64,000 nucleotides of DNA from contig CAWHFW010000001.1 in NCBI GenBank assembly GCA_963828735.1, positions 32,001 through 96,000 of the forward strand, in the 5' to 3' direction. Below the pieces are notes generated by a model, which saw only the letters and a list, made by a program, of their open reading frames with translations, did not search any database and was not told the DNA's origin. Positions within the stretch are counted from its first letter, which is position 1, and each line of letters opens with the position of its first letter. This document shows positions 44,589 through 55,053 of the stretch, one piece after another. The stretch is from an uncultured Gemmatimonadales bacterium (lineage in GTDB: Bacteria > Gemmatimonadota > Gemmatimonadetes > Gemmatimonadales > GWC2-71-9). Position numbers and translations under genes: made by a program.

Positions 44589-45724
44589 ACCTGCACGAGT
44601 ACCAGGCCCGCGCGCTGCTCAAGGCGGCCGGCATTCCGATGTTCGAGGGCGACGTCGCCTCGACGCCCACTGAGGCCGAGGCCATCGCCCGGCGCATCGG
44701 CGGCACCGTCGTCATCAAGGCGCAGGTGCACGCGGGGGGTCGCGGCAAGGCCGGCGGCGTGAAGCTCGCGCGTAATCCCGCTGAGGCGGCGGACGAGGCG
44801 GCCCAGATCCTTGGCATGACGATCAAGGGGCTCACCGTCCACAAGGTGCTGGTCGTCCCGGCGGCCGAGATCGCGACCGAGAGCTACGTGGGCCTCATCA
44901 TGGACCGCGAGACGCAGCGGCCCGTGTTCATGGTGAGCTCCGCCGGCGGCGTCGACATCGAAGAGGTCGCGGCCAAGACGCCCGAGAAGATCGTCAGGCT
45001 CGCCGTGGATCCCACGTACGGCCTCTTCCCGCACCAGGCGCTCCGGCTCGCCTTCGTGCTCTACCGCGATTTCGCGCAGGTCAAGGCCGCTGCGAAGATC
45101 ATGGAGCAGCTTTACTCGGCGTTTGTCGACAACGGCGCGTCGATCGCGGAAATCAATCCGCTGGTGACCACGCCGGACGGACGGGTGCTGGCCCTCGACG
45201 CCAAGGTCGTCATCGACGACAACGAGCTGTTCTGGCGCCCGGACCTCGGCGTCCTCCGCGACGACTCCGCCGAGGAGCCGAGCGAGGCCGCCGCGCGGCG
45301 CGCGAACCTGTCCTTCATCAAGCTCGACGGCAACGTCGGCTGCGTGGTGAACGGCGCCGGCCTGGCGATGGCCACGATGGATCTGGTCAAGTACTACGGC
45401 GGGGAGCCGGCCAATTTCCTCGACATCGGCGGCAGCTCGAGCCCCGAGAAGGTCATCAACGCGCTCAAGATCATCACCGCCGATTCCCACGTGAAGGCGA
45501 TCCTCTTCAACATCTTCGGGGGAATCACCCGGACCGACGACGTCGCCAACGGCATCGTCGCGGCCACCAGCCAGTTCAAGGTGAACGTGCCCATCGTCAT
45601 CCGGCTCACCGGCACCAACGAGGTCGAGGCGATTCGCATCCTCGAGGGCGTCGGCATGCGCGCGCTGAGCGACATGGATCAGGCGGTCCAGCAGGTGGTC
45701 GAGCTGGCGCGGGGGGCCGCATGA
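44585..45724 (+). CDS. sucC: Succinyl-CoA synthetase beta subunit
   Basis: [38 protein letters not shown] motifs. Confidence 0.96.
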   Translation: MNLHEYQARALLKAAGIPMFEGDVASTPTEAEAIARRIGGTVVIKAQVHAGGRGKAGGVKLARNPAEAADEAAQILGMTIKGLTVHKVLVVPAAEIATESYVGLIMDRETQRPVFMVSSAGGVDIEEVAAKTPEKIVRLAVDPTYGLFPHQALRLAFVLYRDFAQVKAAAKIMEQLYSAFVDNGASIAEINPLVTTPDGRVLALDAKVVIDDNELFWRPDLGVLRDDSAEEPSEAAARRANLSFIKLDGNVGCVVNGAGLAMATMDLVKYYGGEPANFLDIGGSSSPEKVINALKIITADSHVKAILFNIFGGITRTDDVANGIVAATSQFKVNVPIVIRLTGTNEVEAIRILEGVGMRALSDMDQAVQQVVELARGAA

Positions 45725-46593
45725 GCATTTTCGTCGACGCCAAGACGCGCCTCGTGGTCCAGGGCATCACCGGCCGGGAGGGCTCGTTTCACGCTCGCCA
45801 GATGCTGGAGTACGGCACTGCGCTCGTAGCCGGCGTGACGCCCGGGAAGGGTGGCCAGACCTTCGAGGGAAAGGTCCCGGTGTTCAACACCGTGGACGAG
45901 GCGGTCCGCGCTACGGGCGCCAACACCTCGGTCATCTACGTGCCGCCGATGGGCGCCGCCGCGGCGGTCGTCGAGGCGGCGGATGTGGGGCTCCCGCTCA
46001 TCGTGTGCATCACCGAGGGAATTCCGGTGATGCACATGAGCCGAGCCATGCCCTTCGTGCGGAGCCGCGGCGTGCGGCTCATCGGGCCCAACTGCCCCGG
46101 ACTCATCGCGCCCGGCGTCCGGGCCAAGGTCGGTATCATCCCGGGCAACATCTGCACGCCGGGTCGCGTGGGAATGGTCTCCCGCAGCGGGACGCTCACC
46201 TACGAGGTGGTCAACCACCTCACCCGCGCCGGCATCGGCCAGAGCACCTGCGTCGGCATCGGCGGCGATCCGATCATCGGCACGAACTTCATCGACTGTC
46301 TGCAGGCGTTCCAGGCCGATCCCGACACGGACGCGATCGTGATGATCGGCGAGATCGGAGGCACCGACGAGCAGAACGCCGCTGCCTTCGTCAAGGAGCA
46401 CGTCACCAAGCCGGTCGTGGGCTTTATCGCCGGACAGACCGCGCCCAAGGGCCGCCGGATGGGCCACGCGGGCGCGATCATTTCGGGCTCGTCCGGAACC
46501 GCCGAGGAGAAGCTCGCCGCGTTCGAGGCGGCCGGCATCGGGATCATGCGGCGGCCCGTTGACGTGGTGGAGCAGCTCCGGTCGAGGATGTGA
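45721..46593 (+). CDS. sucD: Succinyl-CoA synthetase alpha subunit
   Basis: [27 protein letters not shown] motifs. Confidence 0.96.
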   Translation: MSIFVDAKTRLVVQGITGREGSFHARQMLEYGTALVAGVTPGKGGQTFEGKVPVFNTVDEAVRATGANTSVIYVPPMGAAAAVVEAADVGLPLIVCITEGIPVMHMSRAMPFVRSRGVRLIGPNCPGLIAPGVRAKVGIIPGNICTPGRVGMVSRSGTLTYEVVNHLTRAGIGQSTCVGIGGDPIIGTNFIDCLQAFQADPDTDAIVMIGEIGGTDEQNAAAFVKEHVTKPVVGFIAGQTAPKGRRMGHAGAIISGSSGTAEEKLAAFEAAGIGIMRRPVDVVEQLRSRM

Positions 46594-47492
46594 GGCTCGC
46601 CGACCTTCTCAGTCCGGTACGGGTGGTGGTGCCGCTCCCGGCCGCCACGCTCGAGGAGGGACTGCGGGTGCTGGTGGCCGCCTGCGTGGCCGACGGGCGG
46701 GTGGCGGACCAGCCCGGCCTCGAGGAGGCGATCCGGGAGAGCTGGCCCGAGGATACGGTGAGCCTGGGCCCGCACGCGTGGCTGCCGCACTTCCGGACCG
46801 ACGCCGTGCGGGGGCTCGTGGTGGCCCTGGGAATCGCCGACGCCCCGATCGTCGCGGGCGGGCGCGAGCCGGCCGGGGCGGTCCGCGGGGCCGAGCCGAG
46901 GATGATCCTGCTCATCGTGGCGTCTCCGCGGGACACGGCGGCCTATCTCCAGACCGTGGCGGCGTTCGCCCACGCGCTCGCGCGGACCGAAGTGGCGGAG
47001 GCGCTGCTCGCATCCCGCTCGAGCGCCGAGGTGCTGGCGCTGCCGGCATTGCGGGACCAGGAGCTCGAGGGCCAGCTCCGCGTCCGCGACGTCATGCGCT
47101 CGGAGATCGTGGCGCTCCGGCCGGATGAGACCCTGGAGGCCGCGACCCGGCGGCTGGAGCGATTGGGCGCGGACGCGTTGCCGGTGGTCGGCGACGGCGG
47201 CCAAGTGGTCGGCATGCTGTCGTACCGCGAGCTGTTGCGTCACCTCGCGCCCGCCTATGTGCAGCGCGTGACCGGAGCCGCCGCCGCGAGCCCGCCGGAT
47301 CCACGCTCGGTGCTGGTGCGCGACGCGATGGCGCGGAGCGTGTTCTGCGTGTCGGAGGACCAGACGGTGGCCGACGTCGCGCATCTCCTGACCAGCCGGG
47401 ACGTCGAACGGGTGCCGGTCGTTGCCGATGGTGTGTTGCGGGGCTTCCTGAGCCGCGCTGATCTCGTTCGGCGGCTGCTCGGCAGCCGCTAA
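46590..47492 (+). CDS. PTS EIIA(Ntr/Fru)-like domain fused to a CBS pair
   Basis: N-terminal [11 protein letters not shown] (EIIA phospho-His-like). C-terminal VRDVM..LPVV..GMLS and [18 protein letters not shown]. Confidence 0.7.
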   Translation: MRLADLLSPVRVVVPLPAATLEEGLRVLVAACVADGRVADQPGLEEAIRESWPEDTVSLGPHAWLPHFRTDAVRGLVVALGIADAPIVAGGREPAGAVRGAEPRMILLIVASPRDTAAYLQTVAAFAHALARTEVAEALLASRSSAEVLALPALRDQELEGQLRVRDVMRSEIVALRPDETLEAATRRLERLGADALPVVGDGGQVVGMLSYRELLRHLAPAYVQRVTGAAAASPPDPRSVLVRDAMARSVFCVSEDQTVADVAHLLTSRDVERVPVVADGVLRGFLSRADLVRRLLGSR

Positions 47493-47513
47493 CACTCACG
47501 CAGTGGAGGGGCT

Positions 47514-47945
47514 GTGGCCGGATCGCTGACGCTGGGAATCGTGAAGCCGGATGCCATCGAGACGGGCAAGACGGGGCACATCCTGGCACACCTGCAGGAG
47601 GCGGGCTTCACGCTCCGCGCTGCGCGCCTGGTCCGCCTGAGCCGGGCGGAGGCCGGGGCCTTTTACGCCGTTCATAGCGAGCGCCCCTTCTACGCCGATC
47701 TCGTCGCCTTCATGACCAGCGGGCCGTGCCTTCCCATGGCCCTCGAGCGGTCGGACGCCGTGGCGAACCTCCGGGAGGTCATCGGCGCGACCGACCCTGC
47801 CGAGGCGGCCGCCGGCACGATTCGAAAGCTGTACGCCGAGTCGAAGGGACGGAACGCGATTCACGCGTCGGACAGCGACGAAAACGCTCGCCGCGAGGTG
47901 GCGTTCTTCTTTCCCGAGGCCGAGCTCGCGGGGCTATGGGGCTGA
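47514..47945 (+). CDS. ndk: Nucleoside diphosphate kinase
   Basis: TLGIVKPD, FMTSGP, GTIR, NAIHASDS motifs. Confidence 0.95.
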   Translation: MAGSLTLGIVKPDAIETGKTGHILAHLQEAGFTLRAARLVRLSRAEAGAFYAVHSERPFYADLVAFMTSGPCLPMALERSDAVANLREVIGATDPAEAAAGTIRKLYAESKGRNAIHASDSDENARREVAFFFPEAELAGLWG

Positions 47946-47964
47946 TTCTCCGGAACGGCGTGAC

Positions 47965-47993
47965 TTGACCCAAGTTGTTGTCCCAGCTACTTT
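47965..47993 (+). promoter_or_regulatory. Sigma70-like promoter of the yceD-rpmF-fab operon
   Basis: TTGACC-N17-TACTTT, 8 nt before ATG 48002. Confidence 0.6.
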
Positions 47994-48001
47994 AAGCGGC
48001 T

Positions 48002-48481
48002 ATGCTGCGAGTGGATATTCGGGACCTCCAGCGAGGGCCCGTCCGGACCGATGGGGTGCTCGATTCCCACGATCCGGTGTTCGAAGGACTGGCGCTCGGC
48101 CTCAGTGAGCCGGTGACCGTCACCGGCCAGCTGCAGGCTACCGGCGACGGAGAGTATCTCTGGCGGGGGCACGTCCACGGGGTCGTACGCGGGGAGTGCC
48201 GTCGCTGCCTCACCGATGTGCTGGACGACGTGGACATCGATGTGAACGCCGCGGTGTTCACCACCGATCCCGACGCCGCCGACGATCCGGATTTCTATCC
48301 GCTCTCCGAGCGGGCGACCACCGTGGACGTCACCGAAGTGGTGCGCGAGGAGCTCGCACTCGCCGCACAGGCCGACCTCCTGCTGTGTCGGGAGGACTGT
48401 GCCGGACTCTGTCCCACGTGCGGGGCGGACCTGAACGCGGGACCGTGCGGCTGTCGCACCGACCCCGCCGAACCTGTTTGA
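48002..48481 (+). CDS. yceD: DUF177/YceD family protein
   Basis: ECRRCL and [18 protein letters not shown] motifs. Lies upstream of rpmF. Confidence 0.88.
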   Translation: MLRVDIRDLQRGPVRTDGVLDSHDPVFEGLALGLSEPVTVTGQLQATGDGEYLWRGHVHGVVRGECRRCLTDVLDDVDIDVNAAVFTTDPDAADDPDFYPLSERATTVDVTEVVREELALAAQADLLLCREDCAGLCPTCGADLNAGPCGCRTDPAEPV

Positions 48482-48488
48482 GGACATC

Positions 48489-48671
48489 ATGGCAGTCCCG
48501 AAGCGTCGGACCTCGAAGAGTCGGAAGCGTCTGCGTCGTGGCCATCACGCGGCGCCGAGCATGGCGACCCAGGCCTGTCCGCGCTGCGGCTCGCCCAAGC
48601 TGTCCCACCGGGTGTGCGATTCCTGCGGCTATTATCGCGGCAAGAAGCAGGTCGAGGTCGAGGACGCCTGA
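48489..48671 (+). CDS. rpmF: 50S ribosomal protein L32
   Basis: [12 protein letters not shown] and [15 protein letters not shown] motifs. Confidence 0.97.
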   Translation: MAVPKRRTSKSRKRLRRGHHAAPSMATQACPRCGSPKLSHRVCDSCGYYRGKKQVEVEDA

Positions 48672-48673
48672 GC

Positions 48674-49687
48674 GTGATTCGCGTCGCCGTGGACGCGATG
48701 GGGGGCGACAAGGCGCCGCAGGCGGAGGTCGCCGGGACGCTCGAGGCACTCGCGAGCCTGCCTGAGTCCTTCGTGGTACAGCTGGTCGGTCGGAGCGAGG
48801 TCATCGAAGCCGAGCTGGCCAGGCATGCGGGGGTGGATCGAACCCGCATCGAGATCCACGAGGCGCCCGACGTCATCGGCATGGGCGAGAAGCCCCTGGC
48901 CGCCGTCCGGAAGAAGCCCAATTCGAGCCTCGTGGTCGGCCTCACGATGCAGAAGCAGGGCCGATCCGACGCGTTTCTGTCCGCGGGCAACACCGGCGCC
49001 ACGCTCGCCGCATCGACCGTGCTGCTCGGCCTTCATGACGGGGTCGAGCGTGCCACGGTCGCCACGCTGTTTCCCACCGGCCGCGAGCCCGTGCTGGTGC
49101 TCGACGGCGGCGCCAACCTCGACTGCACTCCAAAGGAGCTGGTGGGGTTCGCCCACCTGGGCTCGGTCTACGCGCGCGACATCCTCGGACTGCCCAAGCC
49201 GGTCGTCGGGCTGCTCAACATCGGCGAGGAGGAGGAAAAGGGCACGGCGATCGTGCGCGAGGCGCACCAGCTCCTCAAGCGGTCTCCCGGTCTGACCTAC
49301 GCCGGGAACATCGAGGGGCGGGACATCCTGCCCGATCTCCAGCGCCGCACCCACGTGGACGTGGTCGTGTGCGATGGCTTCGTCGGCAACGTGGTGCTCA
49401 AGTTCTACGAGTCCGCTGGCCGCCTCTTCGTCGGGCTCCTGCGGGAGCGTGTGCCCGACATTTTCGAGCGGCCGCCAGTCCGCGAGCTCGTGAGTCTCCT
49501 GGACTACTCTTCGTATGGCGGCGCTCCGTTGCTCGGCGTCCGCGGCGTCTCCATCATCTGCCACGGCTCTTCCAGTCCCAACGCCATCCGAAACGGCGTC
49601 CGCGTGGCCCTCCAGGCGGTCACGTCGGGCCTCAACGCGCACATCGCGGCCGAGTTCGCGCAACGCGAGCCCGCGGCGCGCACATGA
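48674..49687 (+). CDS. plsX: Phosphate acyltransferase
   Basis: AVDAMGGD, SAGNTGA, LNIGEE, CDGFVGN, HGSS motifs. Confidence 0.95.
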   Translation: MIRVAVDAMGGDKAPQAEVAGTLEALASLPESFVVQLVGRSEVIEAELARHAGVDRTRIEIHEAPDVIGMGEKPLAAVRKKPNSSLVVGLTMQKQGRSDAFLSAGNTGATLAASTVLLGLHDGVERATVATLFPTGREPVLVLDGGANLDCTPKELVGFAHLGSVYARDILGLPKPVVGLLNIGEEEEKGTAIVREAHQLLKRSPGLTYAGNIEGRDILPDLQRRTHVDVVVCDGFVGNVVLKFYESAGRLFVGLLRERVPDIFERPPVRELVSLLDYSSYGGAPLLGVRGVSIICHGSSSPNAIRNGVRVALQAVTSGLNAHIAAEFAQREPAART

Positions 49688-50676
49688 TTCCGCGACCGTT
49701 CGCCGAGGTGGCGAGCGTCGGCGTGGCCGTGCCTCCCGACATCGTCACCAACGAGGACCTGAGCCGGGTCCTCGACACCTCCGACGAATGGATCGTCGAC
49801 CGCACCGGCATCCGGGAGCGCCATATCGCCCGACCCGAGCAGACGGTGGCCATGCTCAGTCAGGAGGCGAGCGAGCGAGCCATGGCCGCCGCGGGCGTGA
49901 CGGCGTCGGACCTCGACACCATCGTCCTGGCCACCGCCAGCCCCGACCGGCTGCTCCCGTCCACCGCGTGCGACCTGCAGGCGCTCCTCGGCGCCGAGCA
50001 CGCCGCGGCGTTCGACATCGGGGCGGCGTGCCCGGGGTACGTGTACGCGCTCACCGTGGCGGAGGGCCTCATCGCGTCGGGTCAGAGCGAGACCGTGCTC
50101 GTGGTCGGGGCCGAGAAGCTGTCCACCATCACCGACTTCCAGGACCGCTCCACCGCGATTCTCTTCGGCGACGGCGCCGGGGCCTCGGTGGTGCGCCGAT
50201 CGTCGGCCCCCGGCCGCGGCATCCTCTCCACCTTCATCAAGTCCGACGGGCGCCTCGCGCCGCTGCTCTACCGGCCCGGCGGCGGCTCGGTCGACCCGAT
50301 CAGCGAGAAGGTCGTCTGCGAGCGGTCCCACTACATGAAGATGGCGGGGCGCGAGGTCTTCAAGGCCGCCGTGCTCGCCATGGCCAACGCGTGCGACGAG
50401 GCGCTCACCCGGGCGGGGGTCACGGCCGATCAGGTCGACCTGCTCGTGCCGCATCAGGCGAACCTGCGCATCATCGAAGCTACCGCGAAGCATGCCGGCC
50501 TTCCGATGTCCAAGGTCATGGTGAACGTCGATCGGTACGGTAACACGTCCTCGGCCTCCATTCCGCTCGCGCTCGAGCAGGCGGTGGCGGAGGGCCGGGT
50601 TGGTCCGGGATCGGTCGTGCTCGTCGTGGCGTTCGGCGCCGGGTTCACCTGGGGAAGCGCGGTGATCCGGTGGTGA
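49684..50676 (+). CDS. fabH: Beta-ketoacyl-ACP synthase III
   Basis: DTSDEWI..RTGI, AAC, FGDGAG, PHQAN, YGNTSSAS motifs. Confidence 0.95.
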   Translation: MIPRPFAEVASVGVAVPPDIVTNEDLSRVLDTSDEWIVDRTGIRERHIARPEQTVAMLSQEASERAMAAAGVTASDLDTIVLATASPDRLLPSTACDLQALLGAEHAAAFDIGAACPGYVYALTVAEGLIASGQSETVLVVGAEKLSTITDFQDRSTAILFGDGAGASVVRRSSAPGRGILSTFIKSDGRLAPLLYRPGGGSVDPISEKVVCERSHYMKMAGREVFKAAVLAMANACDEALTRAGVTADQVDLLVPHQANLRIIEATAKHAGLPMSKVMVNVDRYGNTSSASIPLALEQAVAEGRVGPGSVVLVVAFGAGFTWGSAVIRW

Positions 50677-51596
50677 GCGTGCTGATGTGCCCGGGGCAGG
50701 GCGCCCAGCGCGTCGGCATGGGTCGGGACCTCGCCGAGCGGTTTCCCGCGGCGCGGGACACCTTCCAGGCCATCGACGACGCGCTCGGCGTCGCGCTGTC
50801 GCGAATCATGTGGGAGGGGCCCGAGGACGATCTCACCCTGACGCACAACGCCCAGCCCGCGATCCTCGCGCACTCGGCCGCGGTCTGGTCGGTGGTGAAG
50901 GGCCGTGTGGGCCCGATCGGCGCGGCGGCCGGCCACAGCCTGGGCGAGTACAGCGCCCACGTCGCCGCCGGCGCGGTGGACGCGACGGTCGCGGCCGCGC
51001 TGGTGCGGCGCCGGGGAGAGCTCATGTACGCCGCCGGCCGGGCCCGGCCTGGCGCGATGGCGGCCGTGCTCGGGCTCGCGACGGAGCAGGTGGACCAGGC
51101 CTGCAACGAGGCCTCAGGATCCGACGGCGTCGCCGTCGCCGCCAACCTGAACGCGCCCGACCAGACCGTCGTCTCCGGGGATCCCGCGGCCGTGACGCGC
51201 GCGGGCGACGGCTGCAAGGCGCGCGGCGCCAAGCGGGTCATTCCGCTCAAGGTGAGCGGCGCGTTCCACTCGCCGCTCATGGCGCCGGCGGTGGACGGCC
51301 TCCACGATGCGCTCACGGGCGTTGGCTTCGCGAACCCGGCGTTTCCGGTCATCGCCAACGCGAGCGGCGAGGCGGTGCGCACCGGCGTCGATGCCAAGCG
51401 CCTCCTCGTGGATCAGCTGACGGCGCCGGTCCGATGGGTGGCCTGCATGCAGACCGCCGCAGCGCTCGCCCCCGGCGCGACGTTCGTCGAGATCGGCCCT
51501 GGCAACGTCCTGTCCGGGCTCATCAAGCGGATCGTACCTGGCGCCGCCACCATCACGCTCGGGACCGCCGACGAGGTGGAGAAGTTCCTCGGATGA
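50673..51596 (+). CDS. fabD: Malonyl-CoA:ACP transacylase
   Basis: PGQGAQ, GHSLGEY, SGAFHSPLM motifs. Confidence 0.95.
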   Translation: MSVLMCPGQGAQRVGMGRDLAERFPAARDTFQAIDDALGVALSRIMWEGPEDDLTLTHNAQPAILAHSAAVWSVVKGRVGPIGAAAGHSLGEYSAHVAAGAVDATVAAALVRRRGELMYAAGRARPGAMAAVLGLATEQVDQACNEASGSDGVAVAANLNAPDQTVVSGDPAAVTRAGDGCKARGAKRVIPLKVSGAFHSPLMAPAVDGLHDALTGVGFANPAFPVIANASGEAVRTGVDAKRLLVDQLTAPVRWVACMQTAAALAPGATFVEIGPGNVLSGLIKRIVPGAATITLGTADEVEKFLG

Positions 51597-51606
51597 TACG
51601 CACGGC

Positions 51607-52347
51607 ATGAGGACCATCGACCTGAGCGGCAAGGCCGCCTTCGTCACCGGTAGTACGCGGGGGATCGGCCTTGCGATCGCGCGAGCCCTCCACGGGGCGG
51701 GGGCCAAGGTCGCCGTGGTCGGCCGGGAGCAGGCGCGGGCGGCCGCCGTGGCCGCCGAGCTGGGGGACCGCGCGGTCGGGGTCGGGTGCGACGTGGCGAA
51801 GGGCGATCAGGTCGACGCCGCGATCGGCGCGGCGGAGCAGGCCCTCGGCCCGATCGACATCCTGGTCAACAACGCCGGCCTCACGCGCGACAACATCCTG
51901 CTCCGCCTGTCGGAGGCGGACTGGGACACCGTGCTCGACGCGAACCTCAAGGGAGCGTTCCACACGACGCGCGCGGTCATCAAGGGCATGATGAAGCGTC
52001 GGTCCGGGCGGATCGTGAACATCACGAGCATCGTGGGGCTGACGGGGAACAAGGGACAGGCCAACTACGCGGCAAGCAAGGCGGGATTGATCGGATTCAC
52101 GAAGTCGGTGGCCAAGGAGTACGCAAGCCGCGGCGTGCTCGTCAATTGCATCGCGCCTGGGTTCATCGAGACCGACATGACGGCCGCCTTGCCCGATGAG
52201 GCGAGGACCACATTATTACAGGACATTGCCCTGGGCCGCTTGGGGCGCCCGGAGGATGTCGCGAACGCTGTGCTCTTTCTGGCCTCCGACCTGGCGGCGT
52301 ACGTGACTGGCCAGGTCCTGGTGGTCGATGGTGGGATGGTCATCTGA
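51607..52347 (+). CDS. fabG: 3-oxoacyl-ACP reductase
   Basis: [25 protein letters not shown] motifs. Confidence 0.95.
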   Translation: MRTIDLSGKAAFVTGSTRGIGLAIARALHGAGAKVAVVGREQARAAAVAAELGDRAVGVGCDVAKGDQVDAAIGAAEQALGPIDILVNNAGLTRDNILLRLSEADWDTVLDANLKGAFHTTRAVIKGMMKRRSGRIVNITSIVGLTGNKGQANYAASKAGLIGFTKSVAKEYASRGVLVNCIAPGFIETDMTAALPDEARTTLLQDIALGRLGRPEDVANAVLFLASDLAAYVTGQVLVVDGGMVI

Positions 52348-52381
52348 CCTCCGTACGCGGGAAACTCCAATCGAGGACCAC

Positions 52382-52621
52382 ATGAGCAACGTCGAAGAGA
52401 AGGTCAAGGACATCATCGTCGAGGAGCTGGGCGTCGAGCGCGAGAAGCTCACCAGCGAGGCGAGCTTCATGGAGGACCTCGGCGCCGACAGCCTCGACAC
52501 GGTCGAGCTCGTGATGGCGTTCGAGAAGGAGTTCGATATCGACATTCCGGACGAGGACGCCGAGAAGCTCCGCACCGTGGGCGACGCCATGAACTACCTC
52601 CACGAGAAGATCGGGAAGTAG
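52382..52621 (+). CDS. acpP: Acyl carrier protein
   Basis: [17 protein letters not shown] motif. Confidence 0.97.
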   Translation: MSNVEEKVKDIIVEELGVEREKLTSEASFMEDLGADSLDTVELVMAFEKEFDIDIPDEDAEKLRTVGDAMNYLHEKIGK

Positions 52622-52622
52622 C

Positions 52623-53864
52623 TTGTCGCATCGTGTTGTGGTCACCGGGCTCGGCCTGGTGACCCCCGTCGGAACCGACGTCGAATCGACCTGGAATGCG
52701 CTGCTCGCCGGCACGCCCGGCGCCGCGCCGATCACGAAGTTCGATCCCCAGAAGCTGTCGGTCCGGTTCGCGTGCGAGGTCAAGGGCTTCGATCCGCTGA
52801 AGTACATCGACCGGAAGGAGGCCCGCCGGTACGATCTCTTCGCGCAGTTCGCGCTCGCCGCGGCACATCAGGCCGTCACCCAGGCCGGCCTGGAAGGCAA
52901 GTTCCCGTCGCCCGAGCGAACCGGCGTCGTCATCGGCAGTGGCATCGGCGGGATGCAGACGTATGAGGACAACTGCACCGCCTACGTCCTGAAGGGGCCC
53001 GACCGGGTGTCCCCCTTCTTCGTCCCCATGTTCATTCCGGACATCGCGGCCGGGCTCGTGAGCATCCGGTACGGGCTCAAAGGACCGAACTATGCCACGG
53101 TGTCGGCGTGCGCCTCGTCCGCGCACGCCATCGGCGATTCGTTTCACATGATCCGGAACGGTGTCGCTGACGCAATGGTGACCGGCGGCTCCGAGGCCGC
53201 CATCACCGGGCTCACCGTCGCGGCGTTCGCCAACATGAAGGCGCTGTCGAGCCGGAATGACTCGCCCGCGACCGCGAGCCGTCCATTCGACCAGGACCGC
53301 GACGGCTTCGTGCTGGGGGATGGCGGGGCGATCGTGGTACTCGAGAGCCTCGAGCATGCCGAGCGCCGCGGCGCTCGGATTCTTGGCGAAGTGCTGGGGT
53401 ACGGGTCGAGCGGCGATGCCTACCACATCACCTCCCCGGCCGAGCACGGTGAAGGTGCCCAGAGGGCGATGCAGTCCTGCCTGACGGACGGCCGGATCGA
53501 TCCGAAGGACGTGGACTACATCAATGCCCACGGAACCTCCACCGAGCAGGGCGACGTGGCCGAGACCGAGGCGGTCAAGGCGGTGTTCGGCGAGCAGGCC
53601 ACGAAGCTGGTCTTCGGCTCCACCAAGAGCATGACCGGCCACCTGCTCGGCGGGGCGGGCGCGCTCGAGTTCGGGGTCTCGCTGCTGGCGGCGACCTGCG
53701 GCGTCATTCCCCCGACCATCAACCAGTTCACGCCCGACCCACGCTGCGATCTCGATTGCGCGCCCAACAGGAAGGTGGAGCGGTCGGTGAAGGTGGCGCT
53801 CTCGAACTCGTTCGGCTTCGGCGGGCACAACGTGACGCTCGCGGTCAAGAGGTGGGAAGCGTAG
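52623..53864 (+). CDS. fabF: Beta-ketoacyl-ACP synthase II
   Basis: SACASS, NAHGTST, STKSMTGH, NSFGFGG motifs. TTG start. Confidence 0.95.
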   Translation: MSHRVVVTGLGLVTPVGTDVESTWNALLAGTPGAAPITKFDPQKLSVRFACEVKGFDPLKYIDRKEARRYDLFAQFALAAAHQAVTQAGLEGKFPSPERTGVVIGSGIGGMQTYEDNCTAYVLKGPDRVSPFFVPMFIPDIAAGLVSIRYGLKGPNYATVSACASSAHAIGDSFHMIRNGVADAMVTGGSEAAITGLTVAAFANMKALSSRNDSPATASRPFDQDRDGFVLGDGGAIVVLESLEHAERRGARILGEVLGYGSSGDAYHITSPAEHGEGAQRAMQSCLTDGRIDPKDVDYINAHGTSTEQGDVAETEAVKAVFGEQATKLVFGSTKSMTGHLLGGAGALEFGVSLLAATCGVIPPTINQFTPDPRCDLDCAPNRKVERSVKVALSNSFGFGGHNVTLAVKRWEA

Positions 53865-53871
53865 GCATCGA

Positions 53872-55023
53872 ATGACGACTCGGCGGGAACCGATGCCGGC
53901 CGACGCGCGCGCTCCGCGCTCCGCCGGCGTCGTCATTTTGGCAACCCTGGCGGTCTTCGCGGCGCTGTATGCCGGGCGCGAGCTGCTGGTTCCGATCGCC
54001 CTCGCGGTGCTCTTCACTGGCCTGCTGCGACCCGTGGTCCGCGTGCTGGAGCGGGGCGGCCTGTCGCCGGCGTTGGGTGCCACGGCGGTGATGGTGCTGC
54101 TGCTCGGCGTCACGGTGGTGGGCTTCGCGGCGCTCGCCGGGCCGATCCGCGCGTGGGTCGCGCAGGCACCCGACACGTTCGAGAAGGCACAGGAACGGCT
54201 CCAGGGCCTGCGGAAGCCGCTGCAGACAGTGACCCACGTGGTGCAGAAGCTCGAAGGCGGCGCGACGGGAAGCCAGGATCCGCCCCCCGGCAAAGCGCCT
54301 GCCGACTCGGGAGAAGCGCCCGCACGGCATCAGGGTGGGGAGGCGAGTCCGCCAGCGGGCGGCGGCATGACGGGGAGCTCGGCCATCCCTGCGATCGCCG
54401 CCCGGGTGTTCGGCACCACCACCGCGGTCGTTGCCACGGTCGTGGAGGTGCTCCTGCTGACGTTTCTTCTCCTGGCCTCGGGTGACACCTTCCTCACTAA
54501 ACTGGTCCGGGTGCTGCGGCTTCGGCGGGAAAAGCGGGACGCCGTGGAGATCGCCGGCGAGACCGAGCGGGTGGTCTCGCGCTACATGCTCGTCACGGCG
54601 CTCATCAACCTGGGGCAGGGCGCGCTCGTGGGCGTCGCCATGGCGGTGTTGGGCCTTCCGAATCCGCCGCTCTGGGGGCTGCTCACGTTCGGCCTGGAGT
54701 TCATTCCGTTTCTCGGCGGCGCGGCGATGGTCATCCTGTTGACCCTCGCCGGCCTCGCCAGCTTCGATTCCATCGGGCACGCATTTCTTCCGCCGATCGT
54801 CTACCTGACGATCACCACGCTCCAGAACAACCTCGTGAGTCCGATGGCCTACGGAAGCCGGCTGCGCCTGAATCCGGTCGCCGTGTTCGTCGGCGTGCTG
54901 TTCTGGTATGCCCTGTGGGGGGTCCCGGGAGCGTTTCTCGCGGTGCCGATCCTGGCCAGTCTCAAGATCGTCGCGGACCACGTCGATTCGCTGTCCCCAC
55001 TGGCGGAATTTCTCGGGGAGTGA
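53872..55023 (+). CDS. AI-2E family transporter
   Basis: LVPIALA, EFIPFLG, QNNLVSP, LWGVPGAFLAVP motifs. Confidence 0.85.
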   Translation: MTTRREPMPADARAPRSAGVVILATLAVFAALYAGRELLVPIALAVLFTGLLRPVVRVLERGGLSPALGATAVMVLLLGVTVVGFAALAGPIRAWVAQAPDTFEKAQERLQGLRKPLQTVTHVVQKLEGGATGSQDPPPGKAPADSGEAPARHQGGEASPPAGGGMTGSSAIPAIAARVFGTTTAVVATVVEVLLLTFLLLASGDTFLTKLVRVLRLRREKRDAVEIAGETERVVSRYMLVTALINLGQGALVGVAMAVLGLPNPPLWGLLTFGLEFIPFLGGAAMVILLTLAGLASFDSIGHAFLPPIVYLTITTLQNNLVSPMAYGSRLRLNPVAVFVGVLFWYALWGVPGAFLAVPILASLKIVADHVDSLSPLAEFLGE

Positions 55024-55053
55024 CCGGGGGCGGTTCGCGTCAGCGCCGACGCG

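Noticed and set aside
48668..48676. Fourth CTG start (plsX, CTGA overlap with rpmF)
   Set aside because: An in-frame GTG at 48674 gives a normal PlsX N-terminus.
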